A DNA stretch of 64,000 nt from Vicugna vicugna. Lineage: Eukaryota. The DNA lies in contig MU058384.1 in assembly GCA_013265495.1 (NCBI GenBank), positions 6,072,792 to 6,136,791 on the forward strand. The letters are read 5' to 3'. How positions within the stretch are numbered: the first letter of the stretch is position 1; each line of letters opens with the position of its first letter. A program made the translations under genes and the position numbers. Under the pieces are notes generated by a model, which saw nothing but the letters and a program-made list of their open reading frames with translations, was not told where the DNA came from and searched no databases. Below are positions 26,680 through 40,687 of the stretch, one piece after another.

Positions 26680-26940
26680 AACTAACAATTCCTGAGCATC
26701 TGCTTTGTGCCTAGCGGTATGTCAAGACGGTTTTATAAACATCGTCTCATTGAATTCTCACCTCAAACCTAAGACTTTTACGCTCTAACAGGCAGGAGTT
26801 ACAGCACATATCTTACAGATGAAGAAACATGCTCAGAAGAGTTAAGAAACTTGTCTAAGAACACAGAGCTAATGAGTGGTGGGAAAAGAATTCGAACAGG
26901 GCCTTGTGGTTCTAAAGCTCATGCTCATCCCATTTCACAG
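26680..26940 (-). mobile_element. MIR SINE
   Basis: tgagcatctgctttgtgcc...tcttacagatgaagaaac...agagttaagaaacttgtctaagaacacagagct...gaattcgaac. Confidence 0.75.
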
Positions 26941-27998
26941 TGGTTCTCCACGGAGGTCAGTTATCTTGTCTAAGTTTCCCTATCTAGGAAATGGGGGATA
27001 TAAGATTCGAACTGAGGTAGCTCTGATTTCAAAGCCCATAAAAAATAGCATTTAACGGGGCTGATTAGACCGTACAAAATTTTTTGGTGTCTATAGTAGA
27101 TTTGAAAAGAGCACCAAAGCTCTTACCATTAATAAGTTCTGAAAATTTGTGTGTATGTGTGTGTGGTTTTGGAAATACACTTAGCAAGCTGCCTTAAAAA
27201 AGATATTAAGAGGTCTTGAGATACCGTCTATCACTAGCTTGCTCCTTCCCCAGGCCTTAGTGCTTAAAGTCCATTGAGTAAGCCTGGGTTTTTGAAGAGA
27301 ACTACTTTATCCATGCAGCAGTGAGAATGAGGGTGATGCCATCCCTTTAATGAGTCATGAAACTCAAGCACAGCTTAAGATCCTGATGGATTTCTTAGGC
27401 AGCAGAACTCAATGTCCAGAGTTAGTGCCAGATACTCTTCTTAAAGGATGGAGTATGGGGTATGTGAGAATCATTTCATGGAAGTGAAAGATTGGAAGAG
27501 ATTGGCTTCTAGTTTTACTTTGAGACGAATATGCTGTGGGATCTCGGGTAAACTGCTTAACCTCTCTGGGCTTTCAGTTTCTTTATCTAGATGGGGGCTG
27601 GGTGGGGGCCATGTCTTTATGTTCACCTACATCTAGCGTTCTATGATATTATGACTTTGTGATATTTTCTGCATTTGCCTTCACCTGTTAAGAGGCAAAG
27701 TCATCTGCAGTGGACCTACAGCTCTGGTGGAATTCTAATAGAAAGTAGAGTCAGGGCAGCCATGGGGAAGATGGTGTAACGGGCAGCACTGACCTTTGAG
27801 GCTCTTCCTTCCCTTATCCGTTTTCTCCTGGCCTCCAGCACCCATCGACAGCATGTGTCTTGCCTGCTTTTAACGTCTCCCTGAGATCCACTCCTTCACA
27901 GGCAGCTTTCCAACTACAGGCTTTCCTCTTGGGCCCTTGCTTGCTTCTTATACTCCCTCTAAACCAGTCTGTTCTGAGCCTCATCCTGGGTCTCATAC

Positions 27999-28245
27999 AG
28001 AGGTAGTATGCACAGTGGTTCTTACCCTAGGGGAAGACTATTTGGGTTTTAATCTTGGCCTGACTATCTTTTAGCTGTGTGGCACTGGGAAAATTACTTT
28101 ACTTTTCTATGCTTCAGTTTTCTTATCCAGAATATTGAGGAGGTGATGGTGCTGACCTCACTAGCATGTCATGTGCATTAAAGGTGTTAATGTAGAAAAG
28201 TTCAGCACAGTGCTTGGCTTATAGAAAATGAATATGTATTATCTA
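27999..28245 (+). mobile_element. MIR SINE
   Basis: tagctgtgtggcactgggaaaattactt...cttcagttttcttatc...agcacagtgcttggcttatag. Confidence 0.75.
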
Positions 28246-31199
28246 AAAGATAGGATTAGATGTATCCTGTTAATTGGCTCTAATGTACTCATGGATGGCT
28301 ATGAGAATATATTTTTCCTATCTCCGAACACAAATGTGCATTTTCCCACGTTTTTATATTAGTGAAATGAATGGCTTCATGGGGATTCTTAGCACGACGG
28401 CTTACGATTGAGGCAGATGTATTGGGTAAATACGCTTTCAGTAGTCCTCAGATCACACCCTAAAAGCTCCCTCTGAATCACAGGGCTGGCTCTCTGAGTG
28501 TACAGTTGGCAGTCCTGGGCAGAAGGCTGCCCACGCTTGCCAGCACTGGTGACAAGAGTGATCAAGAACTACTACAAGAACCACCAGAACTACATTTCTT
28601 ATCACTCCTTTTAAATGTTGTTGGAGTGACAACTAGACGTGTTTACGCTAAATACTAGTCCTCGCTAGGGTACTGCCAAAAGAACTATGAAAGCCTCAAA
28701 GGGATTTATAATGCAAGTGTTTCCATCTACATAAATCTTCAATAGTTCTCCTCCTGTTGAACATTACAGTGCACTTAATGCTTCTATTGACTTGACATTG
28801 AGGATAAAAGACTATGAATTGGTGCAATTTTTTGTTTTGTAATTATATTGTGCATATCACAAGTTTATTATATAACTATTGAAAGGAACTGCTATCCAAG
28901 TGTGAGCAGAAAATCTAGATTTTTTTCAACTGTCATACATTTTCTTATTAAAGAAATTTTAAAATTTTTATTTCTGGTTAGGATTGGAAAACCACAGAGA
29001 ATGCAAACAAAGAAAGAAGTTAAAGAGAAAAACAAATCAAAGGGAATTAATATTTTATCAACGTCCCTCTACTGAGTTTGATATTTGAAAATCTGTAAAA
29101 AGTTTGTCATTATGTGTATGAATATTTTTCCATATGATGCAGGCATTTTTACTGAGTCCATTTGGCATCTTTAAGCATCATTACCCAGTGAGCGCCAAGT
29201 GCCTGTGTGATTCGTTAAACACAGGAATCTGAGTGATTTGGTTGAATAGCTTTCATCATCAAACACAGCCTGGTCAGAGATTGGTTGCAAAAGAAACCAT
29301 GTACATTGTTGATTACAATTTTTTAAATAAAAATTTACAGTAAATATTTTGGAAGGCAAAATAGGAAAAGGGCATATGAAACATTTCTGTACGGACCAGA
29401 ATAAGATTCAGAACCTAGACCAGAGTTTAAAAAGCCAAATATCCAACTAAAGTTACTAAGAGCAGCTGCAATGTGTAGTAGATTTGGACTAAGAATGAGA
29501 GCTATTTGGTATTGCTTTTCATTATAAGATCGATATTTTTTGTATTCAACTCTTACAAAAGGCAAAGTATCCTGGCTGATAAAAATGATTTTGTGAATTG
29601 AATGAATGACTAGAATAACATTTATGAACCTCTAGTGACCTACTAACCATGCACATGGCCACATCTCCCATGCTATAGGAAAATCTTCTTACATTATTTA
29701 CACATATACGAGAGGCATTTCTCCATTCTATTTTTTGAACTTGTATTTTACATCCTTTACTTACTTACAATAGCAATCTCTTCCATTCAAGGAACATCTA
29801 AATAACTTCTGGGGGAAAAAAGCATAAGGTAAGATATCTGTATTTGAAAAGAGACACTGAAAGCTCAACTTCAAAAAGCCCGGGGGAGAAAACAGTATGT
29901 TTTCCGTGTATTTTCCAAAGCAAAGGAAGTAAGAAATTCTTCCATGGTTTTTATTTGTTTTTCAAATCACATTGTCCTCAACTTTTAAAATAATAATCTT
30001 CCTTGACAGCCATTTAATAATTGTGAGTGATCTACGGCTTTATTATAAAGTACTCATCTCATCTAATGATCTATTTCCTTTACCCCCGGGGCCAAGTACA
30101 AAGCTAAGGAATTATCTTGGTGATACTTTTAATAACTTCCTGTGGGATTACAAACCCCAACTGAAGCCAGCTCCGCAAAGGAGTTAATCATGTAATTTCA
30201 CAGATTAGACACCACAGGGTTACTAATGAGAAACTTCAGCTTCGTGATAAACTTTTTTTTTTTCCAGGAATATTTTGAGAGGCCCGTAACCTTTGGCTGA
30301 CACCCAGCAAGGCTATTAGTTTAACCATGGATGCACTACCAAATGCACAAGAGTCAGCAGAACTTCTTTTCTGGAAAGTTGATTATAAGAATAGTTTTGT
30401 TAAGAGACTTCAGAAACAGATGGAATGGGCAAAAAAGTGGGGGAGGGGAAGACAAGCATAAAAAATTTATCAACTTCCGTTGGTTGGCATAACTTCAGCT
30501 TCTAGTGTCTTTTCAACCATATGCTCAAGATGGAAACCGCAGCTCACATTTAAATGTCATGCTGCCCTCTGTTCCATAAACATGTATCATCCATCACTAA
30601 ATATTTAGATCTGAATTGTTGGAGCTGAGTTCTGTGCCAGGGGTAGGGGGATTAATCCTTTCAAGGTCCTCACATGATGGATTTTACACTGGAGTAAACA
30701 TCCGAGAAGAGATCACACTAAAGCCATAAAGTATATAAATAAAGTTTAAAGTTTAATTAAGTCAACATTATTTAAAGTGGTTGTCATATTTTACAGCAAA
30801 CTTTTCGTGTTTGTTTTGTATGACTCCTAATAAATAGCCCCTCCTGATCAGACAAAAAGCACAGCTAGGTTGAAGCCCAGGGCTCCAAACTTAGGACCGG
30901 AAGAAGAATATTCCTGTGTTGGGGGTAATGCAACCTTTTCCTATTGTACTTTTGTTTCAGAAACGAACCTGTTAGCTAAACACTGAGTCAACATCCTGTA
31001 CTGACAGACGTTTGAAAATCCTTTAAGGCTGTATCATTTGGACTGTGGGGAGACAGTATACTCACATAGGAGCATAGACTAGCAAATAAAGGAGAAGAAC
31101 CCACATAATAAAACAACTCTCATTTTATGTTTTAGTTCTTATAAAAATAGAAAGCATAAGAAGAAAAATAACCAATTCAAAGTAAGCTTATGTTAAATT

Positions 31200-31446
31200 G
31201 AGAGCTTGGGATTGGCAGATACAAACTACTATGCACAGAATAGATAAACAAGGTCCTACTGTATGGCACAGGGAACTATATTCAATGGCTTATAATAGCT
31301 TCTAATGAAAAAGAATATGTATGTGTGTGTGTATATTATATATATCTATATGATATATATATAACTGAATCACTATACTGTACACCAGAAACTAATACAA
31401 CATTGCAAATCAACTATACTTTAATTTTTTTTAATGGGGGAAAAAA
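31200..31446 (+). mobile_element. Cetartiodactyl L1 3' end
   Basis: gggattggcagatacaaactact...aacaaggtcctactgtatggcacagggaactatattcaat...ataactgaatcactatactgtacaccagaaactaatacaacattg. Confidence 0.85.
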
Positions 31447-34400
31447 CTTTGGTAAACTCAGATTAGCTTGTTAGCTTCTTAAAATAATTTTTCTTAAAAG
31501 GTAAATCTTTTAAACAAACATAAATCAGCACTCTAGAGACCAGATTTTCTCCGTTAGTATTAAATAAAGAAATTGATAATCATACACTCTTTCGTGTTTG
31601 GTGGATATAGTCTTCAAAGAGAAAGAGTAAGCGAAGGACAGAGACTAGCTAAAGTGAATTCCTTACTGCAAAGAGTTGAACTACACTTGCCACTCTGTAC
31701 AGACTTTCTCTTTTTAAAGCAACAGCTTCCTCAGTGTGACAGTGAGAGCCCTATTTAATCCCACAAAAACTCTCTTTCCAAAGAAATATTTAAGCCTGTA
31801 AGGAAAATTTTAGGGTTAGAGTAAACCTTTAGCACTCTTGTCCAACTCTGACGTTTTCTGAGAAGAAAACCAAAGCTGAGAGAAGTTAATCATGCCAGTT
31901 CATATGGCTGACTGGTGGCAAAGTAGGTCTAGAACAAGTGTCTTCCAATGTCTGTCTTATTGCTTTCCTATTCGTAATACTGATTGAACAATGTGGGTCC
32001 CTGCAGAGGAAGTGTAAGGCAGGTGTAACTGATGGTCTTTCAGAAGATGAAGATTGTAATAATACCTTTGATGGTCCTTGGGTTGCATATTCTCAGAAAC
32101 TAGGTGACTTGACACAAAGTACTAATCACTAAGCTTCCATTTCCTCATGTTTAAAATACAGCTTCTGTGAAAATAAGATACTATTTGTCAGTTGCATCCT
32201 GCATATACACAGTAAACATCCATCAATGGTAACAGTTATTATTGATTTCATGTCCTCGATTTAGAACATAAACATTAAAGGTAAAGTGTCTTTCCAAAAT
32301 ACTAAATTACTGAGATGGCTGAGGAGGATTTTTCCCTAAATTGGGACTCACATTTATTTTTTGACAAACCCAGAAAAAAAAAGAACCCATTTAGATTTCT
32401 TTTCTGGAATGAAAACATGTATCAAATGAAAAAAATACGTGAGATCAAAATGGCTTATTATGGCTTGGACTATAGTTTGAGGTTTTAACAAACTGAAAAA
32501 AGTTTTTGAACTTACTGAAATTTGACAAACAAAACACAGAATTCAGCTCATTCTTTTCTGCTGAGTGAATGTCTCTTTACATTACCTCACTTAGTATATT
32601 TAAATGCGGTGATTAATTATGCAGCGAATGATTTAAGAAATAAGCAAACATTCAGTTACATATGTATACTTCAGTCAACCCCTCAAATAGAACCAAAGAG
32701 AAAAACCCTAATGATCACAATACAAAACTAAGACCATTTCAAGGACTTAAATCACCATTTATAAACTCTTTACCCTCTTTTGATTTTATTTAGTTTTTCT
32801 CAAGTCTATACAACTTGCTTAAGTGAATTTTTGGTTCCAGATCATTTTCTCTCCATATTTTAACATGGTTCTCTTTGTCATAAACAATGAAATGATTGCA
32901 TTTTCTAGATGAGTACATCATAGACTGCTAAATGCCTCTTCTGGAGATTACATGTTTTGTGAAATAAACGTGATTAAAAGGAAAATAACTGGAAATAAAA
33001 ATTATACTTTTACACTGAAAGAGAACTTCTGATTAAGATTATTATTAGAGGATGCAAAAACATTATGCCAAATGCAGTTGGGTTTGTGAAATCTTGCATG
33101 CAGATAACTGTAATCAAATTGTTCACTGCTTCAATATCTAATAGACCTATTTAGAAATCTACTTAAAGTTCATTAAAGTAAAAATGGTGAAGCATAACTC
33201 CCGCTCACCTGATGGCTGCTGTGGTGTTTATCTCATATAAAAATTATTTCACTGGATAATTCTAAAGGTTTAAAATTCTTCATTAATTTGCATACTTGAA
33301 AATCATGTTTTAATTTTTCTGCTCACTTTGAGTAATAGACATGTACAAACTTATACCTACACATATTTAGACTGAGGAAATTACTATGTATTACTTTCTT
33401 AGTTCAAGAAATCAACTCAGATAAAGTAAATCTGTATAAACTTAATATTTTCAATACATAGATGACCAAACTTTCTATAGAGATGTTTTAATGAATATGA
33501 AAAAAATAAACACCATCCACAAAATTCTGCTGTCTTTTCCATTGTGTTGCTTGCCAAGAAAACCTTTCTTTGATTCACACCTAACCTCATCCAAACAGAC
33601 TTTCAGGAGTGTGACTCCCGATTCCCATAAACTGGAGACCCAGCAGGCACGCTGGAGTGTAAGTCAGTTTCATTGCAATGCACACACAGGGGAAGCACAT
33701 GTGCAGCGAATATGTCCAAACCATTTATTTTGTCTAAACATTTCCCCTCCATGGGTTATTTATACATTACATAGTAGAACCAGAGTGGGTGCAAAAGGTA
33801 GCAGCAGATGAGAACCTTTCTATATGTATCTCACTGGTAGTAAATCTTGGGCTTTTATCAAGGAAGCTCTTCAGCAATCAGAATGTCCATGCAGAAAGAC
33901 AGGCTTTTCCAACAGAATGAGTTAAATAATGAAGACATACCTTTATGCTTCAGCTCTTTATTTTCTCCAGACATTAATTATTAATACATGAATTTGTTCC
34001 ACAAATACATGTTGAATAACTTTTCTACATTGTTGACTATTTCATATGACACTAATGAAATCTAGTGAAAGGTAAGCTTTCTCTACCTTCAGCCTAGGAT
34101 GAAAAATTCCTTTAGGGTTCCTTGTGGTTCTCATGATTAAAATCTTGCACACATGGAAACATGTGCACACACACATACACACACACACATTATGTGTGTA
34201 AATATATATGCATGCATTTGGTCTACGATTCATATTAATTAGATTTTTATAAATTACATATGCATTTGCAGTCTACACAAACACACATCACTCCATGTCT
34301 TTTGGCATTATTGTGTCTGATGACAAAAAAAGAGGGATGAATGAAATTAAATTCATAACACTTTTAATCCAGAAATGTCAGCAACTTCCCATATTTACAA

Positions 34401-34883
34401 GTTCTAACTAGAGATAGAATATTTGTTTTAGATAAGGCTGAAGAAATGAGGCTAGCAAGAGACTACCTTTCTCTCCTTTAACTGGAATGAGTCACAATGA
34501 AAGACCAAGGAAGAGTCTGAAAATTAACATAAATAAGGGTGTTATTTGACCTACATCACAAAGCTAGTGACTCACTAGCCCACTTCCAAGTAGTATAGAC
34601 ATGATTCATTTCATATATGTTCCGTCCAAACTGTAAATCATGAAATTTCTACCTCATTTAAATGTAAATATCCTTGGAAAGCCACTATACTTTCCCAATA
34701 AAATACTTTTCTAACTTAGTCATATTTTGATGTTACTTTCACATTTAGTATATAACCTCTGTTTAACTTTACTATTGATAAACTCATATCCCAGGGATTA
34801 ACAAAGTCCGAGGGCTTCATCTATATGACATGTTGAAAGTTTGGTGATGCCCTAAGGGCATATATTGTTTAAATATAAAATAA

Positions 34884-35232
34884 GCTTAGTGAAATTATCA
34901 GAAAGAGAAAGACAAATGCGGTCTGTTATCACTTACATGTGGAATCTAAAAAACAAAACAAATGAACAAATGTAACAAAACAGATACAGAGAAGAGACTG
35001 GTGGTTGCTAGAGGAGAAAGGTGTGGAGGGAAGGGCAGAATGGGTGACGGAAATTAAGAGGGACAGACTACTAGGAATAAAATGGGTAAGTTATAAGGAT
35101 GTAATGTACAGCCCAGGGAATGTGGCCAATACAGTATCTTTGTATGGAGTGTAACCTATAAAAACATCAAATTAGTATATTGTACACATGAAACTAATAT
35201 AATATTGTGAGTCAACTATATTTCAATATAAA
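34884..35232 (+). mobile_element. L1 3'UTR (L1MA9-like/laurasiatherian)
   Basis: agtgaaattatcagaaagagaaagacaaat...cacttacatgtggaatctaaaaaac...ggtggttgctagagg...ttgtacacatgaaactaatataatattgtg. Confidence 0.8.
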
Positions 35233-35613
35233 TCAATCAATCGAGCAAGCAAGCAAGCATGCAAGCAAATGTGTTTCAATAAGATACAAGCTGATGATGT
35301 GAAGGTGGATATTTTATTTTTTAAGGATTTTGAAACAGGAGTAAAGCCTTCATTCAGAATATGAATATACAGATTGAAAGATTAGGAATATGACTTTAGG
35401 TAATAAGTCATTAATATTATGGAAGTGGAAAACATTACATCAAAAACAAGGAGTTTACTTGAAAAAAATATGTGCATTCAACTTGAAAGTAACATAATCA
35501 GTTTACACTTTCATCAGTAACTCCAAACTGCAAAACCAATCATCTGAACATAAAACATTCAAAAAGGAGGTGAAATGGTGTAAGTATTTACAGGAGGAAT
35601 TTGAAGGAAGAGG

Positions 35614-36082
35614 TATGGTAGACTGCAAAAGGTGGTCCACAGATTCTTCCCCTCCTAGTACGCATGCCTCCTGCAAAGTGACTCGCAGCTACTTCCATCA
35701 AGAAGTAAAGGCTATTTCTCCACCCCTTGAATTTGGTCTTGAACTTGTAACTTGCTTGGCCAATGGGCATAGGCATTGTGACATAAACAGGGTTTGCTTC
35801 CACCATGGCATGAGGAAGTCCATTCTAGCCAGCAGGAGGGGCCACATGGGGGAGGACTCAGGAGTTCTGACCCGCAACTTGCTGACTTACTGCGTGTGAG
35901 TGAAGTCCACTGGCCCAGCCGAGGTGCCAACTGACCGCAGTGAGCCCAGGTGAGCCCAGCAGGAGAACTGCCCAGCTGCCAACGCTTTTCCTGACCCACA
36001 GAATCCTGAGTAAGTAAATATTGTTGTTTTTTTTTTCAAGCCACAAAGTTTCACGGTCATTTGTTAGCATAGCAAACGCTAC
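35614..36082 (+). mobile_element. ERVL-MaLR solo LTR (MLT1F/G/H-like)
   Basis: ccatcaagaagtaaaggctatttctccaccccttgaatttgg...aactgcccagctg...ctgacccacagaatcctgag...ttttcaagccacaaagttt. Confidence 0.8.
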
Positions 36083-36381
36083 AATAAGTTAATTTTAAAA
36101 AAATACTTGGAATTCCTAGTCATTTCCTCCAGCAATGGCAATGAGCTTGCATTGAACCACACGATTTTTCTCATGTCCAGTCTTTTTTCGCTCAGGTAGT
36201 GCTTTCAGTAGGTAGCTTGGCTGCTGTGAAATATTTTTTCCTTTGAAGACAGTTAACTGAATTCTTTAGGCATAAAACCCAAGATCCTGGTTTCATTAAC
36301 ATCCTGCTTCTGGAACTGAGGGGCTTGGCTCATATCCCATCTTCACCAGGGTCTTGACAGCTAACGGAATATACACAACAC

Positions 36382-36646
36382 CAGGGTCGCATTATGACTC
36401 TTTGAGAGTCCCGGCCCCTTTGTCTTTCTGGGATGCTTCTTCCAAAAAAAGGATTGGTAATTATGGTTTATGATTAAATCAGTATAAAGATGAATATATT
36501 ATATTACATGTTAAAGTTTTCCTTCCATTCTAAGTTGCATTTTTTTCCTTCTGATTACAACAGAAATTAAAACATTTTCACGGGCCCTTAAAAGTATTGT
36601 GTGCCCCAGGGAACTGTCCTTATGGTGTTGAAAGAATGTCAGCCTA
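36382..36646 (-). mobile_element. hAT-Tip100 MITE (ORSL-like)
   Basis: cagggtcgcattatgactctttg at one end; aaaacattttcacgggcccttaaaagtattgtgtgcccc near the other; about 265 bp. Confidence 0.6.
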
Positions 36647-37365
36647 GGCATAAACCTATTTACTCTCCTCTCCCTTCTAGATCTTCAGAACTGCTACTTT
36701 ATAACCAAGGTTGAGAAGATGTGTGTGAGTGTGTTTGTGTACGTGTGTGTGTACGAACATGGGAACATTTTATCTCCTTTTATGGCTAAAGTAGGTAAGT
36801 CACCTCTTCACCCTCTTCCACAGCCATGTCTCAAGCTAGGGGCAGCTCATCCAGAGGCACCCACAGAGCAACTGCAGTCGACATAACCATTCATATCCTA
36901 CAATGACCAAAAAAAAAAAAAATGAAAGAAAGAAAACCAACGCTAGGGAATCTTTAATATAAACATTAATAGTTTCCCACATCTTTGTTTAGAGAATAGC
37001 CTGAGGATTTCTAAACTTTTAGATCTTATTCATTCCAGAAGAACTGCTTCACTTATGGCCACATAAATCTTGGCCCTTTAGAAGTTCCAGGATTAAGACT
37101 CTTTGGAAACTAGCATCACAAAAAATTCACAGGTGATTGTGCAGAGCAAATCTGACTCAGGCCATTCGAGAGATATGAGATTTGCAAAGATCATTTGAGT
37201 CAAGCTGACATCAGTTATAGAGACTAGAGATTTGGTAATAAAACATGGAAAGGAGCATTTGGTGGCAATTCTAGTATTCCTGTTTTTTAAACAGGTTGCA
37301 TTTTTTTTCCGATTACAAAAATGAAAGATATTCAAGGTAGAAAATCTAAAGAATGTTCTTTTTTT

Positions 37366-37392
37366 AAAAAAATTTAATTGGAGTTGATTTAC
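37366..37392 (-). mobile_element. Ultra-short L1 3' terminus with TSD
   Basis: Minus strand gtaaatcaactccaattaaa resembles the L1 terminus gtaaatcaactatacttcaat; flanked by gaatgttcttttttt at 37351 and 37393. Confidence 0.65.
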
Positions 37393-37779
37393 GAATGTTC
37401 TTTTTTTTTAATCAAAAATGAACACCACGAAAGGCGTTATATGGGGCTGCCAGGTGTAGGGTTTTATATTTTTTTTCTCTACCTTCAAGCATATGTCACT
37501 GGTGTTTCATTTTTTTTAATTTATTTCATTTGGAATCTAGTGATATAAAAAGTTCCACCCACTAACATGTCCCAAAGTCAAAAAATAACCTTTTTAAATA
37601 AAGTTAAAAGTGAGGGCTCCATCTCCTCAAAGGCATGCTCATTGTTCCAGGCACATGCAGATGGTTTGGGGATTAGACAAGGCGATGCTGCAAAGAAGGC
37701 GTGGCTCGTCACTGTGGTCCTCGATTTAGGACGTTGCTGTGAACTAGACTCTGAGCTGAGCAATGAGTCTTGGTGGTGT

Positions 37780-39150
37780 TCTTTCCCTGACTAACCCGCC
37801 TCAGTCTGGTGAGTCCCTGTCACCCGTCCCCTCAGCACTTTACGTCCCATTGGAACTGATTTACTGGACTTACTCATTAGGGGGGCTGTGTATCATTTCC
37901 AGATTGTTTCTCCAAACACATCATAAACTGTAAGGCATTCTGTCTGGTGACCTCTGCCCCCACTTTAACTTCCACACATGTACTAGGCATTCCACACACA
38001 TGTCCGCATGCAGGTTGGTCATCGGCACGTGGAACCTCCAATTCAACGTCCAGAACAGAGCTCACCATTTCTTCTATAAGGCCCTGACTCTCCCCATCTA
38101 TTCAGTATCCTAGGGAACAGCATTCAGTCCAGAATTCTGCCAGCCATGTTGACTCCTCCTCACAGCATAATTCTTTGAAATTTTCATTCCTTTCATAATC
38201 CTAGGCTGTGTACCCTTCTTGTTACTCGTACTGTTAGTTCTGAGGAAATCATCACTTCTGGTCTGGATCGCTGCAGCACCCGCCTCCCAAATGCTTTTCC
38301 TGTCCCTAGTCTTGATTTCCCAAACCATACAACACAGTGGTTGCTACGTTATTTTTCTAAAACAGAAATCTGATTATGCAACACTCTTGCTTAAAATAAT
38401 GTTGTGATTTCTTGTTTACCTACAGCCATCATTTACAGACAGGAAGTTCCAATAGGAGCATGACCCATCTTCTTGACTATTAATTAATTTGAAATTGTTT
38501 TTACAACAATTCAAGGTATATTAAAATTAATGTACTTTAAAGTAGGTTACAGAATTCACATTTGTAACATGAAAACATGGAACTTCGAAGAATTTTAACA
38601 TGAGCAATGACCATTTTAGGCTAGGCTGCTATATCTCTGGAGGATAAATACTTGTTTGCTTTTGCTGCTATGTGTAATTTGCCACACACACACACAAAAA
38701 AAAAAAAAGAAGAAGAAGAAGAAGAAGAAGAGAGAGAGAGCTTAATGGATAAAATTTAAATTCCTAACTACCTCCCAGAGGGTTTATTACGATCTGGCCC
38801 TTTTTATCTCTTCAGTCTCATCGTGTGCCTCTGTTGACCTCATCCAAGCACTCTGCCTAACTCCTTTTCATATTTACGTCCCAGGCATGGCTCCATCAGA
38901 AAATCTTCCCCTTTCTCTCTCCTCCCAGTCTGGTTTAGGCTTCCTTGCTCTATGATCCTCCAGCATCCTCTGTGCCCTTCTGCCATAGCCTCTACCACAC
39001 TGCTTTGCCTTTGCAGTTTTCTCACGTGATGCTCCGTCAGACTGTGAGCACCTTAGGGCAAGGGTCACATAGCCCTGCATGTCCTGTGCCTAACAGAGTA
39101 CTCAGCACACAGCAGTTGCTCAGTGAATACTTGTGATTAGTTGAATAATT
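37780..39150 (+). mobile_element. L2 fragments (interrupted at about 38425-38746)
   Basis: caattcaacgtccagaacagagctc, aaacagaaatctgattatgcaacactc, cagactgtgagcaccttagggcaaggg, gcacacagcagttgctcagtgaatacttg. Confidence 0.65.
38683..38740. repeat. Compound (CA)n-polyA-(GAA)n-(GA)n microsatellite
   Basis: Directly visible. Confidence 0.9.
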
Positions 39151-39499
39151 ATTCTCTGCAGAGCACAGCACGGGTAATCAATAACTGTTTAATTTAACAA
39201 ATGATAACCAGGAAATAGGCACTTCTATCTTCCTTTTCCTTTGCGCATTCATAATTTCTACCTCCAAGTTCATAAAACCAAATATCCTATCCTCTAGTCC
39301 CAACCTTCCACATTCCTGTTCGCTGGGGAGCCTGCTGGGGGCATTCGGAATGCAGATTTATCATCAGAAATTGGTCCTTCTCTGTCCCAGCTGGGACTTC
39401 TTTGTCACTTAGCAGCCTTTTAAGTTGTTCTTTTCCCTCAGTGGATGTTTCAAATATTGCCCACTGTTATCAATTCCACTGTCATTTCAGCATCCAATC

Positions 39500-40625
39500 T
39501 CTCTTCCTAATTTACAGACTAACCTTCTGCCCTCATTTTAAACACTAGCAAATTCACCTTTATTCCCCTTATCCTTCTCTCTTATCTCCCTCTCTCTCTT
39601 ATAGAAAACGTTACCCCTTCTCTACCAGGGCACCCCCCCCACCACCTGGATTCTAGGTCCCAATAATCTCATAACAGTCAAATTCCATAAATGCTTTTCA
39701 TTATGTACTCCACGTGGTCATTCTGTGACATGTGACATCATTTCTGATCTTTCACTGGAGACTCTTTTTTCTTGGTTTGAGAGGTTGGTTCTGTTTCTTC
39801 TACTCCCAACTACTTTTCAGGCTCTTTGTCCCTCTGATACCTCCCGCTATCAGTGTTTTCTAGAGTTCCTTCCTCCACTGTCTTCTCCATCATCAGTCCT
39901 TCTATTTTGAAGGATGAAAGTGTCACCCATGTACTCATGTTGGTCAGATCTGTACTAAGTCCGACTCCCGAGACACCTTAACCTAGAAGTCTCATGCTGA
40001 TTTCAAACCCACCAAGAAAGAACTTCCTATTTTTATGTCACCTCCCCTCCTCTAACCCTGTAAGTTACTCTTTTTCCTGTGTTCCCTGTCTGGGTTCATC
40101 CATGGCACCATCAAGTTGCCCAAGTTAGAAACCTGGGTGTCAACTCATGATGTCCCTTCTCTTTAATGGCAACTGTTGCTGAATGGCTCTTGACGATTCT
40201 CCTCCAAACTTTAACTGAGTTTATCCCATTCTCTCCAACCCAGCTGCCAATGCTCTTGTTCTGGCCTCCATCAGCTCACATTTGCGGCTCTGGTGGCTCC
40301 CTCTTGGGCCTCATCTTCTCTCAGCCCACATGTCTCACCGCTGCCAGAGCTGGTTCTCTGCGCAAGTCCAGACACTGCTTCCTGGAGACCCACCGACAGC
40401 CCCAGGCAGAGGTGGCTCTGTGTGTGCACCTGAGGCCTGGAGCAGCGTGAAGTCCTGCTACAGCTCTTGTACTCCACTGCCTTCACTCATTCTCTGCTTC
40501 CCTCCCTTTTTCTCTCTTCCCCTAAATTGCGAATTCTTTGATTTCAGGAACTGGGTCTTCTTCAACAGCTCAATAAATACTGTCTTTCCAGTTCAATAAA
40601 TATTTATTGGATCAAATGTTTATTG
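39500..40625 (+). mobile_element. Degenerate L2
   Basis: Pyrimidine-rich; caagttgcccaagttagaaacctgggtgtca; ends ttcaataaatatttattgg. Confidence 0.55.
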
Positions 40626-40687
40626 AAAAAATTCTTCTAATTCCTTACCCGTTCTCACTTCACGTTGCTGGTATTGGTGCTTTTTGA

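Noticed and set aside
33570..33910. Possible solo LTR with a TATA-like motif on the minus strand
   Set aside because: Could not define TG...CA ends, a TSD or a family
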